DNA of 64,000 nt, taken from the NCBI RefSeq assembly GCF_018350175.1, contig NC_058368.1, positions 32,428,001 to 32,492,000 of the forward strand, given 5' to 3'. This DNA is from Felis catus. Lineage: Eukaryota. Every line of letters begins with the position of its first letter. Within the stretch, counting starts at the first letter, position 1. The position numbers were made by a program, and so were the translations under genes. Shown piece after piece: positions 1 through 13,700 of this stretch. The notes under the pieces are model-generated. The model was not told the origin of the DNA. It was given only the letters and a program-made list of their open reading frames with translations, and did not search any database.

Positions 1-234
1 GTCATTTTGTCTTTCAAAGCATATTGTAGAATTGTGCATTAAAATTTCATAGCAATTAATTCATCCCTATGGATGAATAATATATATTCATCACTTTGTA
101 ATCATTACATGTGTTTTCTGGAACTGTGCATATACATGTAGACATACTTGAAATTCTGTATACTGTTACTAAATATTGATGTCTTACAAAGGTCATAATA
201 TTTTATGTATAATCTAATGCTTAAAGAACTTAAG

Positions 235-445
235 GAGGTGTCTGGGTGGCTCAGTCAGTTGAGTGTCCGACTTCAGCTCAGGTCATGATGTTAGGGTTCG
301 TGGGTTCGAGCCCTGCGTCAGTCTCTGCTGAAAGCTCAGAGCCTGTAGCCTGCTTCAGGTTCTGTCTCAGGCTCTCTCTGCCCCTTCCCTGCATGTGCTG
401 TCTCACTGTCTCTAAAATAAATAAACATTAAAAAAAATTTAAAAA
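235..445 (+). mobile_element. Can-SINE (SINEC_Fc-like)
   Basis: tRNA-like head (ctgggtggctcagtcagttgag...gggttcgagccc), CT-rich linker and AATAAA/A tail; TSD aaagaacttaagga at 223-236 and 446-459. Confidence 0.95.
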
Positions 446-1074
446 AAAGAACTTAAGGATTTAAAGACAAGATATTTCCTTCATGTTTTATAGCCATGAT
501 AGAAAAATATAGATACATTCATTGTTAATGTCAATGTGTACTAAGTATATTTATAAAACTATGTTTTCAAAATTGCTGGAAACACGTTAGTTTTTCAAAG
601 TCTGATCACATTAATGATTGCAATACAATGCAATTTAAAAATATTTGATAAACTAACATGCCATAGAATTCTCTAAACTTAATCCGTTATACTTTTTGTT
701 TTTAAAAAACAAGCAATTTATATTTTGTTCTTAAGTTGGAACAACTGGTATTTGTTACTTCTGTGAGACTTTTACTTCATTCCAGAAAATTGATATAATT
801 AGGCAAATGTGATTTTTCTCTACATGTGTTGTTAGTGATGATAGTTCCAGGAAAGATTTCTTTCTATGAATATGGGCAGCTGAATGAATTTATTTTAAAC
901 AGCTGGCAAGGCTGGTTGCAGCTAAAGTTTTCCATTATGTGACAAGGAAATGCCTCAATATTTTGTTCAAGATGGACCTTCCAACATGTTTTGCTAAAGG
1001 CAAATGTTAATTTTATTGTTCTCTCATACTCTAGAACCTTGAGAAAGAAACAGGTATAAATCATTATTCTAAAG

Positions 1075-1257
1075 CAATGAGTCCCTCACCAGCATCAGCT
1101 GTAACACCTATATCACTTAGGGAATTCCTAGAAATGTAATTTCTTAGGCCCACCTCATATGTACTGAGGTGGTAAAGTCTGAAACAAGACCCAGCAATCT
1201 GTGTTTTAACAAGTCCTCTGTGTCATTTTACTGCATTCTAGAGTTTGAGAACCACTG
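1075..1257. mobile_element. MER5A-like hAT-Charlie non-autonomous DNA transposon
   Basis: Recognisable motifs ccagcaatctgtgttttaacaag and gtttgagaaccactg; termini caatg...cactg; 8-bp TSD ttctaaag (1067-1074) / ttctaaaa (1258-1265). Confidence 0.8.
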
Positions 1258-2063
1258 TTCTAAAAAGATAGCATTCATGATACATTAGGTAAAATTAAAT
1301 TTGAGTACTTACATCTGGCAACACATTTAATAGAATATTCTGTATTCTATATGATTCTATTTTTTTTATTCCAGTGACATTTGAGAATGTTATATAGGAA
1401 AAATTATTAGAACTTAGTCCCCATTGGAGAGGAAAAATTCCCCAGTAATTATAATTGGGTAAGAGTTTCTGGAGTACCAAAACCAAAGATGTATAAGTAG
1501 ACCATTTTGTTCTTAATAAGCATGCCACAGCCCTTTGATTTTAGTAAATGAAAAGCAGTATAGCATAAGCATATGATATGAAAATTTCAAGCCTGACAGT
1601 TATTAAGCAGAAACTTAACAGATAAAAATATCATATAGATAATTATTTTCTATATTTAAGCATCCAGAACTATAATCTTGAACCAAATAATTATTTTCAC
1701 CTATCTTCACTGAAAGCACTCTATGTCACAATAAGGTTCAGTGTGATTTCTTGGATTGGAAAGGAAAATCACTTAAATTAAAATAAGCTTTAAGTAATAG
1801 AACATCCTAATTTTTTGTGACTCTTGGCCAGATTTGAACTTGCAAGTTACTTCATTCTTGAAAATACCTTCTTTACATATTTATTTTATAACTTAAAGCA
1901 TAGTCAATAATATTGTGCCACACTTATCATGATATTTTGTAATATATAATTAAATCACTATGTTATACACCTGAAACAAATTTAGTATTATAAATTCACT
2001 ATAGTACAGTTAAAACAATTTTTAAGAAAGAATATCTTCCTTTAACTTCTGTTTAATACTCTT

Positions 2064-3450
2064 TTGTTTTATATGAAACTTATTGACAAATTGGTTTCCA
2101 TACAACACCCAGTGCTCATCCCAAAAGGTGCCCTCCTCAATACCCATCACCCACCCTCTCCTCCCTCCCAACCCCCATCAACCCTCAGTTTGTTCTCAGT
2201 TTTTAACAGTCTCTTATGCTTTGGCTCTCTCCCACTCTAACCTGTTTTTTTTTTTCCTTCCCCTCCCCCATGGGTTCCTGTTAAGTTTCTCAGGATCCAC
2301 ATAAGAGTGAAACCATATGGTATCTGTCTTTCTCTGTATGGCTTATTTCACTTAGCATCACACTCTCCAGTTCCATCCACGTTGCTACAAAAGGCCATAT
2401 TTCATTTTTTCTCATTGCCACGTAATATTCCATTGTGTATATAAACCACAATTTCTTTACCCATTCATCAGTTGATGGACATTTAGGCTCTTTCCATAAT
2501 TTGGCTATTGTTGAGAGTGCTGCTATGAACATTGGGGTACAAATGCCCCTATGCATCAGTACTCCTGTATCCCTTGGATAAATTCCTAGCAGTGCTATTG
2601 CTGGGTCATAGGGTAGGTCTATTTTTAATTTTCTGAGGAACCTCCACACTGCTTTCCAGAGCGGCTGCACCAATTTGCATTCCCACCAACAGTGCAAGAG
2701 GGTTCCCGTTTCTCCACATCCTCTCCAGCATCTAGAGTCTCCTGATTTGTTCATTTTGGCCACTCTGACTGGCGTGAGGTGATACCTGAGTGTGGTTTTG
2801 ATTTGTATTTCCCTGATAAGGAGCGACGCTGAACATCTTTTCATGTGCCTGTTGGCCATCCGGATGTCTTCTTTAGAGAAGTGTCTATTCATGTTTTCTG
2901 CCCATTTCTTCACTGGGTTATTTGTTTTTCGGGTGTGGAGTTTGGTGAGTTCTATATAGATTTTGGATACTAGCCCTTTGTCTGATATGTCATTTGCGAA
3001 TATCTTTTCCCATTCTGTTGGTTGCCTTTTAGTTTTGTTGGTTGTTTCCTTTGCTGTGCAGAAGCTTTTTATCCTCATAAGGTCCCAGTAATTCACTTTT
3101 GCTTTTAATTCCCTTGCCTTTGGGGATGTGTCGAGTAAGAGATTGCTACGGCTGAGGTCAGAGAGGTCTTTTCCTGCTTTCTCCTCTAGGGTTTTGATGG
3201 TTTCCTGTCTCACATTTAGGTCCTTTATCCATTTTGAGTTTATTTTTGTGAATGGTGTCAGAAAGTGGTCTAGTTTCAACCTTCTGCATGTTGCTGTCCA
3301 GTTCTCCCAGCACCATTTGTTAAAGAGGCTGTCTTTTTTCCATTGGATGTTCTTTCCTGCTTTGTCAAAGATGAGTTGGCCATACGTTTGTGGGTCTAGT
3401 TCTGGGGTTTCTATTCTATTCCATTGGTCTATGTGTCTGTTTTTGTGCCA
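2064..3450 (-). mobile_element. Young 5'-truncated feline LINE-1 (L1_Fc-like): ORF2 C-terminus plus 3'UTR
   Basis: Perfect 14-bp TSD tgtttaatactctt at 2050-2063 and 3451-3464; uninterrupted ORF2 frame; 3'UTR nearly identical to the copy at ~31780-32069. Confidence 0.97.
2290..3450 (-). pseudogene. LINE-1 ORF2p C-terminal fragment (no start, no endonuclease or RT core)
   Basis: Frame is open from [14 protein letters not shown]... through the Cys-rich motif [18 protein letters not shown] to the stop at 2290-2292; truncated at the TSD. Confidence 0.93.
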
Positions 3451-3907
3451 TGTTTAATACTCTTGATAATTTTTTAGCTCTCTAAATTTTACAATGACTC
3501 CTTTGATTAGTTGTTTTCCTTTTTTCACCATATTTAGGGCTTTTCAAGGCTTAAATCTTTAGTTTTAGTTCTTTTATTTTTATCCATACTTTATGACTTA
3601 ATACATTATAATACATCTCTGCACAGAGATTTGATTTCTATATTCCCATTGCAAAAGTGTCTTCTGAAGTTTGAATATTTGCCTCCAGTATTAAGATAAT
3701 AGTTATCACTTATTTAAGTGTACTATGTGGTAGGCAATACTTGTATTAAGTACCTACGTTATCTCATATGACCCTTGAATCCTGTAAAATAGGGGAAAAA
3801 AACAAAAACCAATGATCAATCCTGCAACCCATTCTGCTTTCCTATCAAGGATTTGGGGGGTGGGAGGTAGGAGTGGAGAAGATTCTTGGATTAATCATTG
3901 TGTCTCT

Positions 3908-4346
3908 GTGAATGGATAAAGATGTGGTATATATACACCATGGACTATTACTCAGAGATTAAAAAGAATGAAATCTTGCCATTTGCAATAATGTGGATGG
4001 TACTAGAATGTATTATGCTAAGTGAAGTAAGTCAGCCAGAGAAAAATAAATATCATATGATTTCACTCATATATAGAAGTTAAGATGAACAGAGGAGAAG
4101 GGAAGGAAAAATAAGATAAAAACAGAGAAGGAGGCACACCACAAGACTCTTAAATACAGAGGACAAACTGAGGGTTGCCTGAGGCGTATTGGGTGGGAGA
4201 ATGGGCTAAATGGGTGATGGGTATTAAGGAGGACACTTGCTGGGATGAGCACTGGGTGTTATATGTAAGCAATGAATCTCTAAATTCTACTCCTGAAACA
4301 ATTACTACACCGTATGTTAACTAGTTTGGTAAATAAAATTTAAAAA
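3908..4346 (+). mobile_element. Carnivore LINE-1 3' end (L1_Carn-like), 5'-truncated
   Basis: ORF2 tail EWIKMWYIYTMDYY...KNEILPFA, 3'UTR and A-rich tail; perfect 15-bp TSD aatcattgtgtctct at 3893-3907 and 4347-4361. Confidence 0.93.
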
Positions 4347-4899
4347 AATCATTGTGTCTCTATGTAATATGTAATTAGGACTAGTCTTCTATGTGTTCAT
4401 TGATATTATTCTCAAATCATGACAATAATTTAAGTTTAGAATATCAGTAAACATACAGAAGTTTTCAAGTATGCTCTCTTTCCCTTTATACAGATTCTTT
4501 TTTTATTTAGAATAGTTGTAGATATCCAGCATTCTACTATTTTATTTACCAAATATTTCCTTATGAGACCTTTGTTAAATATTGTAGCATGATGGCTTAA
4601 ATTCAATTATAGTACAGTTCCATGAACAAGCAAAGATTGGGGAAGAAGAGCATGTTTTTCATTCATTATGGTAATAATCTGGAAAATTTATATTTGATAT
4701 AATTATAAGCATGTTGAAGTTTTGGCCTTTTTTTGTAAAAACAAAGAGTAAAAACTCCTAGGCAGTATCAGAACATTCTACTTATGAACCTTGAGGATAT
4801 GGCCTCTGTCTTTCAACTTGAGAGATGTCACATTGCCAAAATCTTTGTATGATTCTTCTCTTTGTAAGTAAAAGATTAATCTCAGCTAGTCTGTTAAAG

Positions 4900-5435
4900 C
4901 CCTGTGTTTATATTCAGGGATGCTTAGAGCCACGGTGCTGACTGGTCATTGGCAAAGTTGAATCACTAACTACTGATTAATAAATATATCCCAGGGTCCA
5001 AAACAGACAAGGGGATGACCTGTACCAACATATCAGAATTGTTTATGGAAAATGTCCAGACCGATAATTTGTACCCCTCGTTTCTGTTATATTCTCGTGG
5101 TTTCTGTTTTTGATCCTGGTAGTAGTCTGGTATATAAGCTATGTGACCAGAAATGTATAAAAGGCCGCTCCTCAGATGAGCCTGTGGGTTCCCTGAGTCC
5201 AAGATATTTCATACATGTCCTGGTGGTTCATGATCCAAAGATAAAGCATGTCCTGTGTAACAAAAAGAATCTTGGCAGCTGTATTTGGAATTCTTGGACG
5301 TCTCTGATGGGTGCTTGTGCTTTATTTATCTTGCTGTTCTGTATCTTTTGCTTTACTAAAGTCTTATGTGAGTATAAAATGTGGGATCTCATGAATTATA
5401 TCAATTATACATCCCTATGTAGTAGCTGCAGGCCA
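4900..5435 (+). mobile_element. Possible ancient ERVL/ERV LTR remnant
   Basis: More GC-rich than its flanks; TATA-like tatataa near 5131; 3' segment resembles old LTR R/U5 (ctgtatcttttgctttactaaagtcttatgtgagtataa). Family and ends not resolved. Confidence 0.3.
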
Positions 5436-7301
5436 ACAATTTTTATTTAAGTTAAGTTCCTCTCAGATCCTGAAATAAACACTGATATAAAAGATCAGAT
5501 ATTCTGATAATTCTCAAGGTAAATATAAATGTTTTTGCTTCTTATGTATTCTTAACTATTAGATTGTTTTCTTCAAAAAAAGTCATGAGGAAATACATTG
5601 TTATGAATTTTTAACATCTAGGAATAATTGACTACACACAAATATTTTTTAAAATTCATATCATGTTTTATTGATATATCTTAGGCAAATTCCCAGCAAT
5701 ATTATATATATTTTTTTTATTTCTAGTACACAACTTAAAAAGACTTTAAGTCTTTAAAAATAAATTTGTCTTTAAATAAAAATGGTGCTTTCTATTGGAT
5801 ATGAGCTTTCCAAATTATGCAGTAACACATTCCAATGTCTTCTCAAAGACTTTATTTACTAAACATCACCGGTAATTGTTTTAATCTTTCTATTTTGTTT
5901 CATGTAACCTGAAACTGTAAATATTTGTTTATAGTTACTTTCAGGGAATTCTTTTCATTTGCTTGCTTCTCCTATTCCCTGAGTAATATTTTGACCCAAA
6001 TACTGGTTGCATGTATTCTAGAGTCACTCCTGTGGGAAGATATCATTGTTCTTTTTACTTATATAATTTTCCTCTTTCCACATTAAAACGGAACATAAAA
6101 CATTTACTTTCCTTTAGCTTATCTAGAATAAATAAAAACTTACTTCCCTCTTATTTTCAAATATATCTTCTGATTACTGCTATCTATGCATGAAAAAATC
6201 TCCTCTGTGAAAAAGCCAACATCAAAATATTATGGCTACATTTACATTGACACATCTCAAGTGAAATACATTATAGTATCTAAAAAGAGATACATCTGCT
6301 GACTTTCTTTTGAATATACCTAAAATAATTGTGTTCAATAACTTCAATGGGATAATTTGAGAAGCATTGCATGAAATTATATAAAGAGTTCTAAACTTAC
6401 CAAAGGCCTAATTGCAATTTTTCATATTTACATTTTACATATGCCTATTGTTCTGATTCATGAGTTCCAATAGGGTTTGAGAGATACACTGAATTTTAGT
6501 AAATGAAGGTCGATCCTTCCACATGTGCTGACTAGTTCCTTACCCCAAGGAGGAAGCAGCTGCTTTATTACATCTAAATAAATGGACACCAGTTTTTCTG
6601 CACGATTAGGTTTACACCTCTAATTTGCTTTTGTTTTTGCTTTAATAAAGCAGTAACAGAAATTTTTTCTTAGTTCTGAACAAGAATTGTAAAATATTGC
6701 TAAATCAGTAATAATAACCACTGACTATAGAAAAATTGAACCATTTGTCATCTCCTGTAAAGGGAAATGGTTGGGATAATTTGTTATAGTAGGAGGGAAT
6801 GAGGCTCTATTCAACAAAGAAGCTGGAAAAAGAGAAACTTTGGTAATATTTCTAACAAAACATTCTGGAAAGAAATAGCAAACCTTAGAGCCACTTTATA
6901 GATCTAATGTGTTCATTGATATCATTAAAAAGGCATTATTCAAAGGGCATTGGTTTAGTCATTTAAATATTTCTATAAATTTTATAAAATATCAAATGAA
7001 AAGCAAGATGATAAAGAAAGAGATGGCTAAAATGCAAGAAAAAGAGACAATAGCATAAATGTGGCAGTCAAACAAGAAATTAGCATTCGGCTAAGTGAAG
7101 TGCAAATTTGGCACTATAGAAATGTGTATTGAGAAAATAAACCAAATTCCAAACTATAAACAACAAAAATAAGTTGAAAATATTTTTCCTATGAATGACA
7201 TACATACAAGGCCCTATAAAAATAAGGAGCTAACACGACATTTTCAAAAAGTGTTTGAAGATATGCCACAAGACACCTTTTTTTCTGAACTGCAGGAAAT
7301 T

Positions 7302-7500
7302 ATTTAATGTTTATTTTTGGGAGAGAGACAGAGTGTGAGCGGGGGAAGGGCAGAGAGAGAGGGAGACACAGAATCCAAAGCAGTCTCCAGGCTCTGAGCT
7401 GTCAGCACAGGGCCCAACGCAGAGCTCAAACCCACAAGCCTGTGAGATCATGACCTGAGCTTAAGTTGGACACTCAACCGACTGAGCCACCCAAGCGCCC
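7302..7500 (-). mobile_element. Can-SINE
   Basis: Reverse-complement SINE body; TSD ctgcaggaaatt (7290-7301) / ctacaggaaatt (7501-7512). Confidence 0.93.
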
Positions 7501-8039
7501 CTACAGGAAATTCTTAATATGCAAAGAGAGTGTTCACTGTTTACCAATCAAGACTTATAAAAAGTAACTAAAAAAAAAAAAGAAATATCCTCACGAATGT
7601 AGAGAATTTCAGAGGTAAAATAAGTCCTCATTTAAATGGAGAAATAGGGCAACAACAAAGAAATAGTTAGCTGGACCTCAAAATGCAGATTGTCAAAAAA
7701 ACAATGGAAGACCAACCTTAAATTATTGAGTGGAAAAGATATGATTGAAAATTCTATACCAGAAATGATGGCACTTACAGATAATTCCAACAGAAATATT
7801 TTTTGAAAATAAGACTTGTGTTCTTCTCTAAAATGTGTCAAGATCAAAATCTCAATACAATGAACCAGAATACCAAACAGAGCACAGGTAATAAATGAAT
7901 TAAAATGAAGCCTAATGATCTGAGATTTTAACAGCAGAAGAATATTGGATAAGTACCAATTTAATTCATGGAATGAAACAAAAATAGTTATGCTTAAAGA
8001 GGAGAATAAACTTAAGGAATTTTAAAAATTGACATGATT

Positions 8040-8090
8040 TCTCTCTCTCTGTGTCTGTCTCTGTATATATCTATATCTATATCTATATCT

Positions 8091-8121
<31 letters not shown>

Positions 8122-8123
8122 TC
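8040..8123. repeat. Compound microsatellite (CT)n/(TATATC)n/(TA)n
   Basis: Seen directly. Confidence 0.9.
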
Positions 8124-8192
8124 TAGACAACAGGAGTTATCTGTTTTTTGATAAGTGAAAATTATAGGATATTTAATTTCTAGCAATAATAG

Positions 8193-8381
8193 TGTTTATT
8201 TTTGAGAGAGAGAGAGAGAGAGAGAGAGCAAGCAGGGGAGGGGCAGAGAGAGGGAGACAGAATCTGAGACAGGCTCTAGGCTCTGAGCTGTCAGCACAGA
8301 GCCCAATGCAGGGCTTGAACTCACAAGCCATGAGATCATGATCTGAGCCAAAGTTAAACGACTGAGCCACCCTGGTGCCCC
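8193..8381 (-). mobile_element. Can-SINE
   Basis: (GA)n linker and reverse-complement tRNA head ending gccaccctggtgcccc. Confidence 0.93.
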
Positions 8382-10673
8382 TATTATGTGGATTTTTAAA
8401 TAAATTTCTTCATCATCCAAATAAAACAGTATCCAGTTATCTAATTTCTGCTGATAACAAAGTCTATGTAATTTTATCATTAAATATATTTTATATTAAA
8501 TAATAAATGTATGTATATTAAATTAAGTACATCGTAAAGTATCTAAAAATCTAACACTATAAACAAATATAAAGTAGTTTCTCTATTCATAATTACATGC
8601 TCTAAAAGTATAAAAAGTGTTAAATACTACAAATTTTTTCATGGTAGCTGATAAACCTAAAATTAAGCAAGATGAAATAAATGTTGATTGTTATAATATG
8701 AAATCAACCTGATCATCATTTTGAAAAAAATGGCAATATTCAAATTCCCTAAAATGGTAAGAACTCAGACCTTTGATTCTTTAAGATGATATGACCAGAG
8801 ACCCTGCAAAGTTAAATCATATTTGAAAGACAGCATTTCCCTGATCACTAATTGGTACAGCCCAAATTCTGGACATCTACTCATTTCTTCACATTCTCTC
8901 TTCTTAGGCAAGCTCAACTATTTCTGCGGCTTGAAATGCCACTTTTATAGGAACATTTGGCAAACATGTATTTCTCTCAAGACCTTTCTAAGCTTTAAAT
9001 ATGCATAACTGATTGCCTATTTTTCTCATGTAATTGAGTAATTAAGTCAATTCTAGCACATACAACCTGATTTCACCACCCTTCCTATCAAGTTTCTTAA
9101 ATCAGAACTAAACATTCATTTCTGTTTATAGCCCATTCTTAATCTATTACCAAATACTATTTGTTCTACTAACAATATAAAAGCTTACCTTTCTTCAAAC
9201 TATATCGCCATTATCTTTAACTAAGACACCCATTCTTACATGCCTATCATTTCACAATTATACACTAATATCAGTGCATAATAATTCTAAAATATATTTT
9301 ACATATTTTGTCATTCCTAAGATGTGCTTTGGGCTGTATCTTACTTATTTACAGCAGTACTCAATACCACTATAATATAAAAACTATCTTAGAAATGAGA
9401 TGATGATATAAGGCAAAATACAAATTGGCCCCACATCCACCTAATGTACCCCTGTGTCTTTAGAGTGGTAGTGGGAACCAATTAGTATGATGGACATACA
9501 AAAAGGGTACTGAGAAAAGACTATGGCATAATAAAAACACCACAAAAATGTATTTATGAACTAGACCAAGAGTCATTGGAAGGATGTGGCATAATACCTA
9601 ACTTACAATGAAAAGAAGATTATATTGATTTTCTCCTTCCCATCATGATTCTCTGACTTAAAAAAAAAACTGAGTATGTGGCCTTTAGTGAATGAAGTTA
9701 AAGGAATCACATGAGAGAAAGCTGTGCCAGTTATTTATTATTTTTTCTTTTCTCTTTCTATCTTATTTTGGCCTGGAGCTTTATTTTCCCTGCTTAAGAA
9801 GAACTATCGATTCTAAGAAGACTAAAGGGGTCACCATGGGACCCAGGGAGAATCAGCAAGGACCAAACTGCTTAGAGCTGTAGGCTAGAATTTCAAGTGA
9901 AAAGAGGTCCAGCTGGGATCACCAAGTAGAGGTAGAGTTAGGATTTCAGAGGATAATTTCTCTTAAAATATAAGACGTGGCCTTTTGCCTAAAAATTTCT
10001 GGTTGAAATTTATAAAACCCTGTGTACAGCAATCAAAACTCAGGACAACAAGGTACCACCAACTTTACCTGGGGATAAATAGTTGTACAGATATGAATCT
10101 CCTGAAGAGCTTTCATCTTCAAGAACCAAAATAAGTCATAAATACCTACTGCAGTGATAATCCCTAAGTTAGTTAAAACAGGACCTCGGCACTTCCCAAA
10201 GCAGTTGCTAGTTATTTCTGAGAATCCTACACATAGTATGTTCTACAAGGGAGTCTGCAGTCATCTTTTGGCATTTCTATCCTTCTTTCTGTTTTACGCC
10301 AGCAAGATACTTAGACACACTTAGAGTATTTCCACTCTCCCACATAAGCTTGCCAAGTGTCCATGATTATGGTCACTATATCCTGATATTCCCAGAGCAC
10401 ACAGATTTAGGCTGCCTGACATGTGCAAAATGGCCGACTCCCTTGGGGCCTGAAGCAGTTTTGTTTTTATGCAGAGTATCAGAATATCTCCCCAATATGT
10501 ACACTTGCCTTTATCATAATAACTGGAGTGACATTCACTATGAGATATTTTCACAATTACATACTTCCTCTTTTTTGCTAAGACTTCTGTGATAGAAACT
10601 TTTCTTCTTTAATCAACATATACAAGAGGAGTTTTGATGTATGTCTGTGGCAACAATCATTAGAGTGTGCTGT

Positions 10674-10675
<2 letters not shown>

Positions 10676-10720
<45 letters not shown>
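10676..10720. repeat. (GT)n microsatellite ending in (GC)3
   Basis: Seen directly. Confidence 0.95.
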
Positions 10721-10721
<1 letters not shown>

Positions 10722-13700
10722 CATGCTTGTGAAGTAATCGAGAGTTGGAAATTGGACTTATTACACTAACAAGAACAGCATAAAAACAACTAAAATAAAA
10801 TTTCCATTTGGATTTATTTTGATTTATTTTGTCTCCTTTATGTTCCCTGTTAGGCTCTTATTTATTTCTATCAAGTTATATATTAATGTCATCTCTATTT
10901 ACACTTTCAGGTACTTTATGCTGTCACTGTCAGTCTTTCATAATTAAAAAGTGTTCTTATTGTGCCTGTATTTATCAGCCTGCCCACTTGTGAATTATAG
11001 CTTCTAATTTCTTGTAATACTGGAAACCAGCTAACCAAGCAAATTAAAATTGTGTGAAAATTGGCTATGAGTGAATAGCCTGTAAGTAAAGACTTTATTT
11101 AAGAACTGTTAAAATTACTTTGTGTTTCTGGCAATTACTGGCAATTCTCTTGATAGCTGATATTACCAAATATGGGACTCTGTGTCGAGTGAGATGTTGT
11201 GACACAGTTTAAAATACGGGTTAGGTAGTATAGTTTTTAAATACTGAGACACAGGTATAGACTGCAATAATTAAATGCTACTTGTCAAAATAATTAATAA
11301 CTGGTGTTGACCTAAGCAAATACTATTTCACTGTCAGTTAATATTTTTTCTGAATACCTACATATTAACATACTTAACATTCTACATGTTTACTTTCCTA
11401 AAATTAAGTGACTCTGTATAATCTGCATTGATTAGAATCAATAAATTTGAGATGCATCTCTTCATTTAGGAAGAGCCCAATAAATGTCCTGTCAAACTGA
11501 ATGAATAAAACCACATACACTGAGACCATCATATCCCACAGAATACTTGAATTTGAAATCACCTTTAGACTCTTACATGGAAATAGGAGAAAGAGGACTC
11601 AAATGTTTTCTTTCTCTTTCTAGAATTTTCCTTTATCTCTCCTCACCAACATGTCTTTCAACTCTTCGTAGTATCCTTAGAAACCCACTTTCGTAGACTA
11701 TTCAAACGGAATAGGCTTTTAGAAACAATCCAGGCTACCTCCTAAACACCTTCCCTCTGGGAAGAAGCACTAGGCTAACAAACTGATTGAATTGATGACA
11801 TGAAATAAAGGACTAATAATTTAAAAAATATATGATTTCCAAGTATTAAACTGTCCCATTAGAAACCTGAACAACATTTTTATCATATTCCACTGGTTTC
11901 CCCTTTTATCATTTATTTAACATCATTTCTAACAAATAGTTCTTAAAAATACTGCATAAAATTGGACATTATTCATGAAGCCTTATATTAGAATGAAATT
12001 TATTTTAGGATTGGTATTCAGAAACTCTGATGCTTAGTATTTAACTGAGAAAAATATGTTTGATTTCAAATGCAATACATGTCACTAAAAACTATGTCTG
12101 TGTACCTACCTACCTATTGAATAGTACACTTCACAAAAATAGAAAATATAATCTTACCTTTGAGTAATTAGCTATGCATTCAGTGGATATTCTGAAACAG
12201 AATTAACATATCAAAGCAAATGATGTTTCCTAGTAGCATACTATTATGTTCTAGGTGACTCATTTAAGAACACAAGCTATATATGTTAGACATAATTTTT
12301 TTTTGTATTTTTATTGAGGGTGCTTGTTTGAAGAGAAAAACTTTTATTGATAATATAAATGTTAGTTAAAAGAATCACTTTTTAAAAACTCGTAAAATTT
12401 ATTTTCTTTTGCCAATAAATATTCTTGATTAAGTAAGGAGGAAGAGATATTTTTGGAGACTTTTTTTGGTGCTTCCCCTCCTATGTTTTCTATTCAACAT
12501 AAATACAGAATGAAATTCATGTATTGCTTTCTTCTATCCATTTTTAAAGCAATGTAGGGAAATGATATTGAGCATGACATTGTCACCTCTGCAATATCTA
12601 TGGAAGAAAAACAACCATTAATTGAGTCTCATTCCTATAAGCATCTATCGCAGATGCTTTAGTTCCTTTAATGCAGAGAGGCTTTTTGTTTTCATATGTG
12701 TACACATTTTTTTAAGTGAGATAGATACCTAAAGTCTTTGCAGTACATAAAAAGAGAAAGAGCTCTATTAGAAGGAACACACATATTACAGAATGTTCTA
12801 AATATGGCAGCTAGTATATTAAGAAGTCTCAAATCATAGGGTTATGAATGAAATATTATTTTTTCCATTAACTAAATTTAATCACCACCTGTCAAATCTC
12901 CATGTTTGTCTCTTAACTGTGCCTTGAGCAGATTCCACAATTATCTAGCAATTTGAATATGTTAAAGATCAATCCAGTTAAGGATGAACTGGTTTAATTT
13001 TTCCCATTCTTCAAGTCCATACCCCAGTTCATGTTTTGTCTATGACTCTAAATGGTCCAAATGAAAAAGGAATTTTGGTTAACTTTGAGTCACTCCTTCT
13101 CTTTTCCCTCTTCCATACTATTGAGGAGAAAGAAGAAAGGTATAACGGAAGTTCTTTTTACCCAACTGACACTTGCTTTATTCTACTTTGCTGTTTTTTA
13201 TTCTATGGCTGACATTAATTGGTCATTAATGTCCTCTGTGTGGCACAAGTCCAAGGGGTTGAGGGGTTGCTGATTCAAAGAGTTGATGTGTGAGTTTTTT
13301 GGAAGGCTCTGGGGTTCCCTACCATGGACACCCTGTTCTATTTATTTAGTCCTCCTCCATGAATCCCTTTACCTCCTGTACCTCATGCATCCACAAGCTC
13401 ATGCTGTTGGTGTTCACAATCTGGCAGACAATCCTCTTGGAATAACGGAAACTCAACCTCTATTAATTTCTGGGGATCCACTTGCCCTGTGAAAAACTCA
13501 CTCCTTTCTGTGTTAGAAACACAATGCTTTGAGATACATCTCCAATTCTCTTCTCCACAGGGCAGAGATGCACAGGAGAGGTCAGCATACCTTTTGCTTA
13601 AGCAGAATTCCAGCTGACAAACGAACTTTCTCCTTGTTTTAGGGAACACACATCCTCACACACATACATATGCTCGGTTAATGGGAGGGAAAAACATATT

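Noticed and set aside
246..431. Recurrent short ORFs such as MAQSV... (also 8173, 26608, 40019, 46725, 49552, 55886)
   Set aside because: They are translations of Can-SINE bodies, not a gene family
3128..3457. 109-aa plus-strand ORF
   Set aside because: Antisense shadow of L1 ORF2
5052..5450. 132-aa hydrophobic ORF
   Set aside because: No recognisable homology; lies in a probable LTR remnant; composition typical of chance ORFs in AT-rich DNA
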